Source: Candidatus Thorarchaeota archaeon | Lineage (GTDB): Archaea; Asgardarchaeota; Thorarchaeia; Thorarchaeales; Thorarchaeaceae | NCBI GenBank assembly: GCA_003345555.1 | Contig: PRDJ01000041.1 | Coordinates: 1-32,000, forward strand | Reading direction: 5' to 3' | DNA: 32,000 bases | Shown here: piece after piece, positions 8,908-18,012 of the stretch | How positions within the stretch are numbered: position 1 is the first letter of the stretch | Layout of the letters: every line of letters begins with the position of its first letter | Notes under the pieces: model-generated | What the model saw: only the letters and a program-made list of their open reading frames with translations | Told to the model about the DNA's origin: nothing | The model's database searches: none | Made by a program: the position numbers and the translations under genes

Positions 8908-10680
8908 ATGGGCAGAATCAGGACCCTCAGTCCGGACTTGGTGTCTTTGATATCCGCAGGCGAAGTTATCGACGGACCGTGGTCAGTGGTCAAGGAACTC
9001 ATTGAGAACTCGCTCGATGCTGCATCCAAGCACATAGACATTGAAATCGTGAAAGGTGGTACAGCCGCAATAAGAGTTTCTGACAACGGTTCGGGCATCA
9101 CGAAGGATGATTTGCGACTGTGCGGGCTGCGTCATTCCACGAGCAAGATAATGGCCAAGAACGACCTCGAATCCATAGCAACGTTCGGGTTCCGCGGCGA
9201 GGCACTTGCCAGTATGGTCGCCGTGGCTGATGTTGAGATAACCAGCCGATCTTCAAATGAGGAGACCGGGATGAAAGTTGTATCAAGAGCGGGCGAACAT
9301 CGAATCTATACACATGCATCAAGACCACAAGGAACAACCGTAGAGGTCTCGAATCTTTTCAGTCATGTACCAGCTCGAAAGAAGCATTTATCCTCTCCAA
9401 AGACCGAGGGGCAGCGCGTTGTCGATGTCGTTTTGCGCCATGCAATTCTGAGACCGGATGTAGGTTTTAGACTCATTAGGGATGGCCAGACAGTATTGGA
9501 TTGCCCGCCCCAAGCTGCAAGAGACAGGGTCAATGCCATCTGGGGTACAGATGTTGCCAAGAACCTAATGGAAGTAGATTACATCAAGGATGAGACCAGG
9601 GTCACTGGTTTTGTCGCCAGACCGCCTATCTCGAGAGGAAATCGTTCCCGAGAGTACTTCTACGTCAGGGGCAGACCCATAGAGGATGGTCAACTCAGTG
9701 GAGCACTTGAAAGCACCTACTCTTCTCTTCTAATGCGTGGACGCTACCCTATTGCTGCTCTAGACATCTCCCTAGACATAAGCCGTATCGATGTCAATGT
9801 GCATCCGACGAAGCGAGAAGTGAGGATAGCAGGAATTGAGGAAGTCAAGGCTGCAGTGAAGGAAGCCGCAAGAGAGGTCTTGGTTCTAGAGACTCCACCA
9901 GAAGAGACCGCTTTCGTTCTCAGTTCGAAGGCCAGAGTCGTCTCTGGACCACCGGGAGTAGTTGCCCAAGAGATTTCAGAGATCGCAGAGCATTCGCATG
10001 CAGAGTCGTCTGCAGTAGATGCGCTCGTTGAAGCGGATACGCTCGAAGCAACCGCTATTGCTGAGACGTATGAGACCATGCAGGTCCCCACGCTGGGCGG
10101 GGTCTTCAGAATAATAGGTCAGCTTCAGAACCTCTACATACTTCTCGAGTTCGAAGATGGCCTCGTGCTAGTTGATCAACATGCGGCACATGAGAGAGTG
10201 ATGTATGAGCGGCTGCGGCGCGTACTGGACAGTGGTGCAATGCCCGTGCAAGAACTGCTTGAGCCCATAGTTCTTAGACTCGAACGCGGTGATTGTGAGC
10301 GAGTACTGGAGCTCGTACAACCATTGGATAGGCTCGGGTATACCGTCGCCAGCTTTGGCGGCAATGAAGTACTGGTTTCAACACTCCCAGATGTACTTGG
10401 GCATCAGGTCTCCGACAAGGAGGTCTTGGCCATCGTTGACGAGATCCTTGATCTCGGCGAAGACCATACCTCGGAACACTTCATGGACGACCTCGTTAAG
10501 CTAACGGCATGTCACGCAGCCATCAGAGCTGGCCAGCCACTGAGTACCGAAGAGATCAGGAATCTCCTTACCACCATGGCCAGCACCCCCAACCGTTACA
10601 ACTGCCCCCATGGGCGACCGACAATCGTCCGGATAACCTCAGATGAGCTGAAGAAGAGGTTTGGCAGAGTGCAGCCTTAG
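8908..10680 (+). CDS. mutL: DNA mismatch repair endonuclease MutL
   Basis: GHKL motifs VKELIENSLDA, DNGSGI, HSTSKI, TFGFRGEALAS, GTTVEV; DVNVHPTKREV; endonuclease motifs DQHAAHERVMYE, ACHAAI, CPHGRP; clamp motif QELLEP. ATG 8908 preferred. Confidence 0.97.
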   Translation: MGRIRTLSPDLVSLISAGEVIDGPWSVVKELIENSLDAASKHIDIEIVKGGTAAIRVSDNGSGITKDDLRLCGLRHSTSKIMAKNDLESIATFGFRGEALASMVAVADVEITSRSSNEETGMKVVSRAGEHRIYTHASRPQGTTVEVSNLFSHVPARKKHLSSPKTEGQRVVDVVLRHAILRPDVGFRLIRDGQTVLDCPPQAARDRVNAIWGTDVAKNLMEVDYIKDETRVTGFVARPPISRGNRSREYFYVRGRPIEDGQLSGALESTYSSLLMRGRYPIAALDISLDISRIDVNVHPTKREVRIAGIEEVKAAVKEAAREVLVLETPPEETAFVLSSKARVVSGPPGVVAQEISEIAEHSHAESSAVDALVEADTLEATAIAETYETMQVPTLGGVFRIIGQLQNLYILLEFEDGLVLVDQHAAHERVMYERLRRVLDSGAMPVQELLEPIVLRLERGDCERVLELVQPLDRLGYTVASFGGNEVLVSTLPDVLGHQVSDKEVLAIVDEILDLGEDHTSEHFMDDLVKLTACHAAIRAGQPLSTEEIRNLLTTMASTPNRYNCPHGRPTIVRITSDELKKRFGRVQP

Positions 10681-10870
10681 CATACTGGAGCCAATTGGAT
10701 CTAGCATTTCATGCCCGCAACGGGTATGGCATCGCGGAAACCGTTCGCAGGGGCCGAATGGGGGAAGTTCGGAAAAGCGAATAGTTTTACTAGGATCTAG
10801 CAAGTAATGTAGAGCGCCTCTTTATCGAAAAACGGTCTGCTGTGCCGGGATTCGGAGATGACGATGGCCT

Positions 10871-11272
10871 TTGAGCACGACGTGGTTCATTGCCAAGGAA
10901 TACCTCAAGCGACTCCAAATCAGCTTTGAGGAGAATGCCCGCAAGACATTCAGTGTTCGACCTCACGCCCCGCCAGAGCCTGTCGAAATCGAAGTGTTCC
11001 CGGGCACGAACTGGATAACTCTAACGACGAGATTGATGGACCTATCCGACATACCGGATGGAAAAAGAAAGGGCGCATACGAGAAGCTGCTCAAATCCAA
11101 TGCCAAACTTGCCGAGGTCAGTTTTGGAATTGACAAGAAAGACTGCCTTATCATCCGCAACGCGATTCCTGTCGAAGGCATATCGTATGATGCGTTCAGT
11201 TCAACCTATGAGGCACACATTGCAGGGATCAAGTTCTTTCAACAGACTCTCCTTCCCGTGCTTGAGCAATAA
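10871..11272 (+). CDS. YbjN / type III chaperone-like fold protein
   Basis: 133 aa; LLKSNAKLAEVSFGID...IPVEGISYDAF fits the YbjN pattern (LL..N......F.ld); TTG start with GGAG upstream; in-frame TGA at 10859 bounds the start. Confidence 0.65.
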   Translation: MSTTWFIAKEYLKRLQISFEENARKTFSVRPHAPPEPVEIEVFPGTNWITLTTRLMDLSDIPDGKRKGAYEKLLKSNAKLAEVSFGIDKKDCLIIRNAIPVEGISYDAFSSTYEAHIAGIKFFQQTLLPVLEQ

Positions 11273-11348
11273 GCGAACTCGCTGAATGCTGTTTCCTACA
11301 TACTATCACAGATTCCCCAAGAGGACATGATCCCGGCTGGTCTAGAGT

Positions 11349-14027
11349 CTATGGACTGAACATCGCCACTACTAGGGGTGTAATGTTCGCTTCAATCAGT
11401 GCTCCGATGAAGAGGAAGAAGAGCACCATTGCGTACGTTCGCCATAGACGCATGTCTTTCAAAAGAACCCAAGTCTTCAAACGAACCGACCCCCAGTCCT
11501 TGGATTGGATACTCGGTGCCAAGTCACGCGCAATCCTCAGAGAAGCGGCAGCAGCAAAGAGGAAGGCCGGTATCTCTACTATGCCATGCGGCAGAATCAT
11601 TGCCAAATAATGGACCACACTTCCGCCTATCAGCGAATCGACTGTCCCTAAACCAGCAACCCAGAGCGCAGTGGATAGCACCTCGGCGACTGCAACAGAC
11701 ATAAGGCTCAGGCGAATATAAGTGACTAGCACAGTCTCGTTCTTGATTTGAGGAGTTCCGTGGTATACAAGTCTGTACAATGCAGTCATAACTATAGGCA
11801 AGATTACGAGTGCAATCAATGTAAACTGGTCATCATAGACGAAGTATTCGATGGCGAGAAGCATCAACAATGGCGGGAACCACCATCCCCGACTGTCTCC
11901 ATGGGCAATCCGATTATACAATAAGACAATGCAGCATGCCACGAACAGTATTCCCAGCGTAATGGTTGCTCTTAGTCCCAGTTCGGCAACAAACGGCCAA
12001 GCAGGATTGAGCTTGCCAGCCATAGCGTCGAGATAGGTCCACATGAAGGCAGCAATCCCGGCCATGAACGTCGCGAGCAAGCTTGCCCAGCCTACAACGT
12101 TGCCGGCTCTCTCCTCTCCCTTGCTGCCAGAAAGCCAGAGAATCAGGGTCCAAAAGACGGGACCTGCTACGAGCATGAGAAGTGTCCTTATCATGTTGTG
12201 CTCGGCTATCAAGATGAACGGTGAGACAATCTGCGCAAACACGAATTCTAATCCATTCGGACTGCCAATCTCATCGATTACGAACGCAATCAGCGAGCCC
12301 ACACTGAACACATTAATGAAGTAACTTAGAAGGAGAACTCCCAGAACCGAGCCCAATATACCGACGGCAAACATGGCTATGGAGTCCCAGATATCTCGTG
12401 CGTGCACTGTGAGAAGGGGACCGACTACCTCGCCTGTTTCCTGTCTCCACTGCTGCCGGAACTCGAAGTAGTACAATATGAAAAGAACTGCGGCTATGTA
12501 CATTGGCACAGCAACCGCGAATTCGGATGCTATACGCATCAGAGTATCGGATGCCTGAGGAATCATTAGTACTGGTCGTAATCTGAAGAAGAGTAAGCCT
12601 TCAATTGAAGCTGGCGTGACTAGTGCCTCGATTAAGTAGTCCATGCCGGGCAGCAGGACCCAGACGGCTACAGAGGTAAGGAGTCCTGCGAAGAATGCGA
12701 AACCTTCCAGTCCTCCTTTTGTTCTGCGACGAATGTAGTGGCCAAGAACACCAAGCAATAACATCGTGCTCAACGGGATGATTATCATTAATAGCGTCAG
12801 AATCGTTGGGGGTACGAGAGCTGCATTACTCAACCCATTGAGACTCATATACTGAACACTCTCGTCGACCTGGTCGGGATAGACGAATAGCTGATGTGAC
12901 ATGAAGTTGTAAGCGAAGTTCAACGAGACGCCCATGACCGCTCCGACAAACGCTCCTGTGGCTAGTGCACCACTCCCGACTGCCGAAAGCAGATTAACCA
13001 CCGTATTCTTCCAGTGAACATTCGACAGCCTAGTGCGACCGCTCCTAATCGTTTCAAGAGATCTCTTGTAGAGAACCTGCGCAAAACCCTCTGACATCGG
13101 GAGTAAGACTAGTGCAAAGAGTATTGGCGGTGCTGCCTGAACTATCCCTAACATATAATACTGGCCCAGGCTGTCAAGCAGATTCGCTTGCATTCTCTGA
13201 ATAATCTCAAAGGCAATCAAGATGACAGTGAGTAGGATATTCAGCCTGAAGAACCAACCAAGAACCCCGCGCATCATCTCGGACCCAATATCCCGGTCGC
13301 CCAGCTTAATGCCAAGCCCTTTAGCTATGCGGTTGGATGCGGGGTATCCGAATCTGTAAATCCAAGTCAGAAAGACCCATATTCCTACTGCGTAGAAGCT
13401 GACGTTTGTATTGGGGGTCATGTCAAGATTGAAGGACATCATGTACACTCCAACGCTAGGCAGTAAGGTCGCTAGTCCGATTATGAGGTAATCCTTCCAC
13501 GATTCGCTCCATGCCCTTGAGACTACGTCTGGGTTCAGAGGCTGAGACTCAGCTTCTGAGAATGTTATGTGATTCAGGCGGTCTCGCAGCCCCGAATAAC
13601 CATCGCTGAGCGGCCGGTGACCAGTCAGCCTGTTCATCAAATTCCCGAATCGCAACTCTAGCGGTTCCTGCAGAGCCAACTTCGCGACAAGCACAACTTG
13701 GCCAAAGAGAACAGCAATAAAGGCAACCATAATCCAAGTGAAGAATTCCTGTAGAGCGTAGGCGAAATGGTAGATGAAATTCGTAATGAGTACCCAGTAT
13801 AGGTCGCTCGCATCCAGAGTGTCAGTGAACCCAGAAGGGAGCCCGTAGCTTGGGTCAGACGCCCAGATATTGTAGATGAAGTATGTGACCGCTTTGATTG
13901 CCATAAGAAGTATGAAAGCCTCAATGAAGTGGTTTCTTCGGTCACGAAAGGCAACAAGATAGACGAAGGCCACAACCAAGGTGGGAAGGAACTCAAGAAG
14001 AATAGTCAGTGGGGTGATGTCAGTCAC
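11349..14027 (-). CDS. Large polytopic membrane protein with C-terminal SpoIIM-like domain
   Basis: 892 aa with roughly 20 hydrophobic segments by eye; ILPHGIVEIPAFLFAAAASLRIA and FFLFIGALIEANITP match the SpoIIM PHG..E.PA and A.IE..ITP motifs. Confidence 0.72.
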   Translation of the reverse strand: MTDITPLTILLEFLPTLVVAFVYLVAFRDRRNHFIEAFILLMAIKAVTYFIYNIWASDPSYGLPSGFTDTLDASDLYWVLITNFIYHFAYALQEFFTWIMVAFIAVLFGQVVLVAKLALQEPLELRFGNLMNRLTGHRPLSDGYSGLRDRLNHITFSEAESQPLNPDVVSRAWSESWKDYLIIGLATLLPSVGVYMMSFNLDMTPNTNVSFYAVGIWVFLTWIYRFGYPASNRIAKGLGIKLGDRDIGSEMMRGVLGWFFRLNILLTVILIAFEIIQRMQANLLDSLGQYYMLGIVQAAPPILFALVLLPMSEGFAQVLYKRSLETIRSGRTRLSNVHWKNTVVNLLSAVGSGALATGAFVGAVMGVSLNFAYNFMSHQLFVYPDQVDESVQYMSLNGLSNAALVPPTILTLLMIIIPLSTMLLLGVLGHYIRRRTKGGLEGFAFFAGLLTSVAVWVLLPGMDYLIEALVTPASIEGLLFFRLRPVLMIPQASDTLMRIASEFAVAVPMYIAAVLFILYYFEFRQQWRQETGEVVGPLLTVHARDIWDSIAMFAVGILGSVLGVLLLSYFINVFSVGSLIAFVIDEIGSPNGLEFVFAQIVSPFILIAEHNMIRTLLMLVAGPVFWTLILWLSGSKGEERAGNVVGWASLLATFMAGIAAFMWTYLDAMAGKLNPAWPFVAELGLRATITLGILFVACCIVLLYNRIAHGDSRGWWFPPLLMLLAIEYFVYDDQFTLIALVILPIVMTALYRLVYHGTPQIKNETVLVTYIRLSLMSVAVAEVLSTALWVAGLGTVDSLIGGSVVHYLAMILPHGIVEIPAFLFAAAASLRIARDLAPSIQSKDWGSVRLKTWVLLKDMRLWRTYAMVLFFLFIGALIEANITPLVVAMFSP

Positions 14028-14217
14028 AGTTCGGGGTCTCCCCTAGTTCTCAGACATGCCCCCTCCAGCCGATGGTAAAAAACATTCGTTGGATATCCCG
14101 GTCTCCAATGCACCGGCAGGACCGCGAGCTCATACTCCGAACTACTGATGGTCCAGTCCCGAGAGGAAGCTACTACTTATTGAGCTGTTGAGCAGTATAG
14201 ACCGGCGAAGATGCAAT

Positions 14218-16206
14218 ATGTTGCCGCAGGATATCGTCGAGTGCGTGGCTGATCTCGTTTCAGGTATACGTTCCATTGACTACGTACGGGAGATCTCTCG
14301 TTTTCACAGAATACAGGCGAGCCCGGGTTTTCGTGGTGCCATTGAGTATCTCAAACAAGAGATTTCTAAAGTGTCTGGAGCAGAAGTCAAGTTATTCGAA
14401 TTCCCGGAGGATACAACGAAAGACATCGAAACGTGGGAGAGTAACTACGGATGGTTTCCGAACCATGGTGTACTTTCCTTGCTCCAACCCGAGCAGAGGA
14501 TTCTCGCAGACTTCGATTCTGAACCCGTATCTCTGATAGGGCAGTCATGCTCCGCAGACATTGAGACCGATGTGGTATACGTAGGAAAGGGGTTCAGACC
14601 CGAAGATTTTCAGGGTAAGGAAATTGCAGGGAAAATCGTGTTGGCCGAGGGGAGAGCATCAAATGTGCATAAGGCTGCATGTATCGAGCGGGGTGCGGCA
14701 GGGATTCTTCTGTTTCAAGCTCCTTCAGGAATTCAAGAGGTCCCCGACCTGCGTCCCTATGCCGCCTTATGGCCGAGGCCCGGTGAAGCCCAGAAGACCC
14801 GATTCGGCTTTGCGCTCACTTACTCAGACGGGATGAAAATCAAGCAGTGGCTCGAGGAGAACAAGCGGGTCACCGTGAGGGCGAATGTTGATGCACGCCT
14901 TGGCGTGGGAAAGGCCGAGGCAGTCTCAGCTCTCATCAAAGGCACAGAATTATCAGATGAGGTCTGGCTTGTCGCTCATATTTGTCACCCTCATCCAAGT
15001 GCAAACGACAACGCATCAGGTAGCGCAACATTGCTGGAAGCTTTGAGAGTCATCTCAAGGATGATGAGAGAAGGCAAGATTCCACAGCCTAGCCTTTCGA
15101 TTAGGTTCCTTTGGGTTCCCGAATGGAGCGGCATGACCAAAATGCTGCATTATGCAAAAGAGACTGTAGCCAAATGCAGATTCATGGTCAATGCAGACAT
15201 GGTTGGAGCCGACCCCAGTAAGACCGGCTCGGTGCTGCACCTCTTCAGGACGCCCTACTCACTGCCGACGACGCTGAACAACGTTGTACGCTTTTGGTTA
15301 GCTACTGAGGTGAAGAGGAAGATGAAGCATATGTCTGCAAGTGGAAGGACCCCTCTGCCTTGGGAATACAACGTCTATTCTGGAGGCAGTGACCACGTGT
15401 TGCTCGCATCCAAGGCTTCCGGCATCCCGGCAGTCATGCTGAACCAATGGCCTGAACCGTTCTGGCATACATCTGCAGACGTTCCTGAGAACCTCAGCTG
15501 CAACCAGCTAGAGTTTGTCGCCAGAGTGGTAGTTCTAACAGCCGTCTCTCTTGGTCTGCCTAGTAGAACAATGAAAGAACTCGTATTGACTGACTGCAGG
15601 AACGAGGCAGTTGAAATCATTCACGACGTTGGTATGAAAGCCGTTCGAGAACTCTCCGCCTGTGCAGATAACCCGGAGACGCTTTACAAGAGGTATCTGA
15701 AATGGCTTGATCTTGCCCTCCAGCTTGGTCAAGCATCAATTGACTCGGCCTCACATGAATGGCCGCTAATAGAAGAACAGGAGGCTCTTAAACAAGGACT
15801 CAAGGCAAGCCTCGACATGACGTACACTGCTGAGATGGTTGTCGTGAGAAGGGCATACGAAGGAGCATGTGCCGAGGCGGGTCTCGAGCCGAAAGATGAG
15901 ACCCATTTCGAGACCGGATCAGGCAGCTTCAACAAGGAGGCAAGAAGGTTGATCAAATATGCGCTGAACCCGGGCTACATGATGAAAGACCCCGACATCA
16001 TGCTCAGGTTCACCGGTCTTCAAGAGACGGACAGGCAGCTCTTCGAGCGCATTGACGAAATCCTGAATCTTTGTGCAGACTGGAGATCGTTGGACGATGT
16101 CTACGAGCACGTCTGTCTTGAATTCGGCTTGTATAATCCTAGTCTGTTTACGGAAATCGTCAGAGACTTGGAGAGGATGAAAGTGATAGAGACCCGGGAG
16201 GTGTAA
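14218..16206 (+). CDS. DUF4910-type M28 family Zn aminopeptidase-like protein with PA domain
   Basis: RFHRIQASPGF, PA-like VVYVGKG...IAGKIVL, AHICHP..ANDNASG, WVPEWSG, NADMVG, GSDH, WHTSAD. ATG 14218 preferred over TTG 14188. Confidence 0.82.
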   Translation: MLPQDIVECVADLVSGIRSIDYVREISRFHRIQASPGFRGAIEYLKQEISKVSGAEVKLFEFPEDTTKDIETWESNYGWFPNHGVLSLLQPEQRILADFDSEPVSLIGQSCSADIETDVVYVGKGFRPEDFQGKEIAGKIVLAEGRASNVHKAACIERGAAGILLFQAPSGIQEVPDLRPYAALWPRPGEAQKTRFGFALTYSDGMKIKQWLEENKRVTVRANVDARLGVGKAEAVSALIKGTELSDEVWLVAHICHPHPSANDNASGSATLLEALRVISRMMREGKIPQPSLSIRFLWVPEWSGMTKMLHYAKETVAKCRFMVNADMVGADPSKTGSVLHLFRTPYSLPTTLNNVVRFWLATEVKRKMKHMSASGRTPLPWEYNVYSGGSDHVLLASKASGIPAVMLNQWPEPFWHTSADVPENLSCNQLEFVARVVVLTAVSLGLPSRTMKELVLTDCRNEAVEIIHDVGMKAVRELSACADNPETLYKRYLKWLDLALQLGQASIDSASHEWPLIEEQEALKQGLKASLDMTYTAEMVVVRRAYEGACAEAGLEPKDETHFETGSGSFNKEARRLIKYALNPGYMMKDPDIMLRFTGLQETDRQLFERIDEILNLCADWRSLDDVYEHVCLEFGLYNPSLFTEIVRDLERMKVIETREV

Positions 16207-16223
16207 GGAACGAAGCAGACTTC

Positions 16224-16698
16224 ATGGCCTTACAAGAAGGTAGTATTCGCTGGGACTTTCGATCACTTGCATGAGGGCCACAAGCATTTGCTGAGAACCG
16301 CCCTCAAACTGGGGGAATGGGTGGGAATCGGCATCACGACAGACCGATTGCTTGGCGAGAAGACCGACCCTGATAGAATCCAGAACTTCGACGAGCGAAA
16401 GAAGTCAGTCCTAGAGTTCGTAAAGAAGGAAGGTCGGAGCGAAAGATGTACCATGTTTGCGGTAGACACCAAGGAGGGGGGTGCTGAATCCATGAAAGGT
16501 CTTGAGGCGCTCATAGTCTCAGATGAGATAACAGTCGTCGCTAACGCATTCGAGATAAACGAGAAGCGTGCACAGAACCGCCTTCCTCGCTTTCACATAG
16601 TCGTCGTCCCGCGAGTCAGAACCGAAGATGGAGCGCCGTTGTCTTCTTCGAGGATAAGGCGAGGAGAATCCTTTGACCGCAAGAAGCTCGTCTATTAG
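16224..16698 (+). CDS. coaD: Archaeal phosphopantetheine adenylyltransferase; the only nearby ATG is one base out of frame
   Basis: Open frame 16207-16698 reads ..PYKKVVFAGTFDHLHEGHK (HxGH), GITTD, INEKR, PLSSSRIRRGE. The ORF-track TTG 16267 falls inside the GTFD-HxGH motif; ATG 16224 is out of frame by one base. Confidence 0.88.
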
Positions 16699-17966
16699 TC
16701 TCCTGAAGGAAATAGCTGGGTCTGAGCGTACTTGATTTCGAACGCCGCGTTATCGAGCAGCTCCAAGTACCGAATAGAACTCGCAACCTTCTCCGCCCTT
16801 CGTCGAGCAGTCGTGTCCCAAACCATGACATCTGCACCGATGGAGGCACCCCCGCGAACCTGATTCATGCGGGCATGATCGAACCTAGGGAAGAGACCAA
16901 TTCGGAAAGCGTCCTCAAGATCGAGCTGCGATCCGAACGAACCCGTCATATAGACCGTTTGGATTCGGTCGGGAGAAAGGCCGCAGGCTTGGAGCACAAC
17001 TGCAATCGCGGCATGAATGGCGGCTTTTGATTGCTGAACCAGCCTCACATCGGGCTGCGAAACATAGACCGGATGCCCAGATGCGCTTTCGACGGCCTGA
17101 CAAAGCAGGTACCTCGCAGTAACATGACTCCTAGGAAGCCAGACTGATTCCATACTCCGATTGAATGAACCAACAGAATCGATGATTCCCGCCCTGAGCA
17201 TTTCGGCCAAGGCTGAAACTATGCCGGTCCCACATATTCCCCCCGGTTTCTCGTTGCCTATTACTTCTGGGAGCGGCCTCAGACTGCTGCGATTTATCTT
17301 CACTCTGAATATCGCACCACTCTTCGCGGGCATTCCACACTCGATGGCCATACCTTCGAAAGCTGGCCCCGATGCAGCCGATGCCACCCAGAGTCCCTTG
17401 TGTGACTGAAGGAGAACCTCAGTATTAGTCCCGATGTCAATCATCAATGACGGCTCTGCCCTACCGATTAAGTTGGAGGCTTCGAGCACCGCAAGAGCAT
17501 CCGGACCCACATAGGACTCTACCACAGGAGGGGAATAACAGACCGTGTTCTTACCAAGGCACAAACCGACCATGCTTGCTTTGGTGCTAATGGAACTCTT
17601 TGTCTCTGCAACGTAAGGAGTCCGGACAAGCATATCTACGGGCAGACTATAGAACAAGTGGTGCATGACAGTATTGCCGACGACGACGACCGTCTTGACG
17701 GATTCAGGTTGGACGCCTAGTGCACTCAGAGATTCCTGCACTGCTCGGTTGATTGACTCTCTTATGATAGAGGTCAGCCATCCGGAGCGGCTCGCGTCAT
17801 TCGCTCCGTACTTGATGCGTGTGACAACGTCAAGGCCCACGACCGACTGAGGATTCTCAAAGACCCTCTCTAGGACAACCCGCTTCCTTAGGATGTCGAT
17901 TATGTGAACCGTCACCCAAGTGGTGCCAATGTCAACCGATATGCCGTAGGGAACTGTCTCGTCCAC
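16695..17966 (-). CDS. ASKHA-domain ATPase, RACo/RamA (DUF4445) corrinoid reductive-activase family, no ferredoxin domain
   Basis: DIGTT, NPQ..GLDVVTRI, GNTVMHHL, VGPDA, DIGTNTEV, SGPAFEG, GICGTG, QPDVRLVQQSKAAI, TGSFG. GTG start. Confidence 0.85.
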   Translation of the reverse strand: MDETVPYGISVDIGTTWVTVHIIDILRKRVVLERVFENPQSVVGLDVVTRIKYGANDASRSGWLTSIIRESINRAVQESLSALGVQPESVKTVVVVGNTVMHHLFYSLPVDMLVRTPYVAETKSSISTKASMVGLCLGKNTVCYSPPVVESYVGPDALAVLEASNLIGRAEPSLMIDIGTNTEVLLQSHKGLWVASAASGPAFEGMAIECGMPAKSGAIFRVKINRSSLRPLPEVIGNEKPGGICGTGIVSALAEMLRAGIIDSVGSFNRSMESVWLPRSHVTARYLLCQAVESASGHPVYVSQPDVRLVQQSKAAIHAAIAVVLQACGLSPDRIQTVYMTGSFGSQLDLEDAFRIGLFPRFDHARMNQVRGGASIGADVMVWDTTARRRAEKVASSIRYLELLDNAAFEIKYAQTQLFPSGD

Positions 17967-18012
17967 GACTTATCGCTCTCTGATATGAGTATCCGATTAC
18001 TGCATGATGATT

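Noticed and set aside
10681-10870. 190-bp intergenic region with small hairpins (CATGCCCG/CGGGTATG; CGG-AAA-CCG) and a GGATCTAGCA direct repeat (10697, 10793)
   Set aside because: The stems are short with 3-nt loops and match no tRNA, SRP, RNase P or riboswitch consensus I know. A single 10-mer repeat is weak evidence.
14145-14170. CTGATG...GTCCCGAGAGGA, reminiscent of a hammerhead ribozyme
   Set aside because: The core needs CUGANGA and GAAA. Here it is CUGAUGG with no GAAA after the putative stem II.
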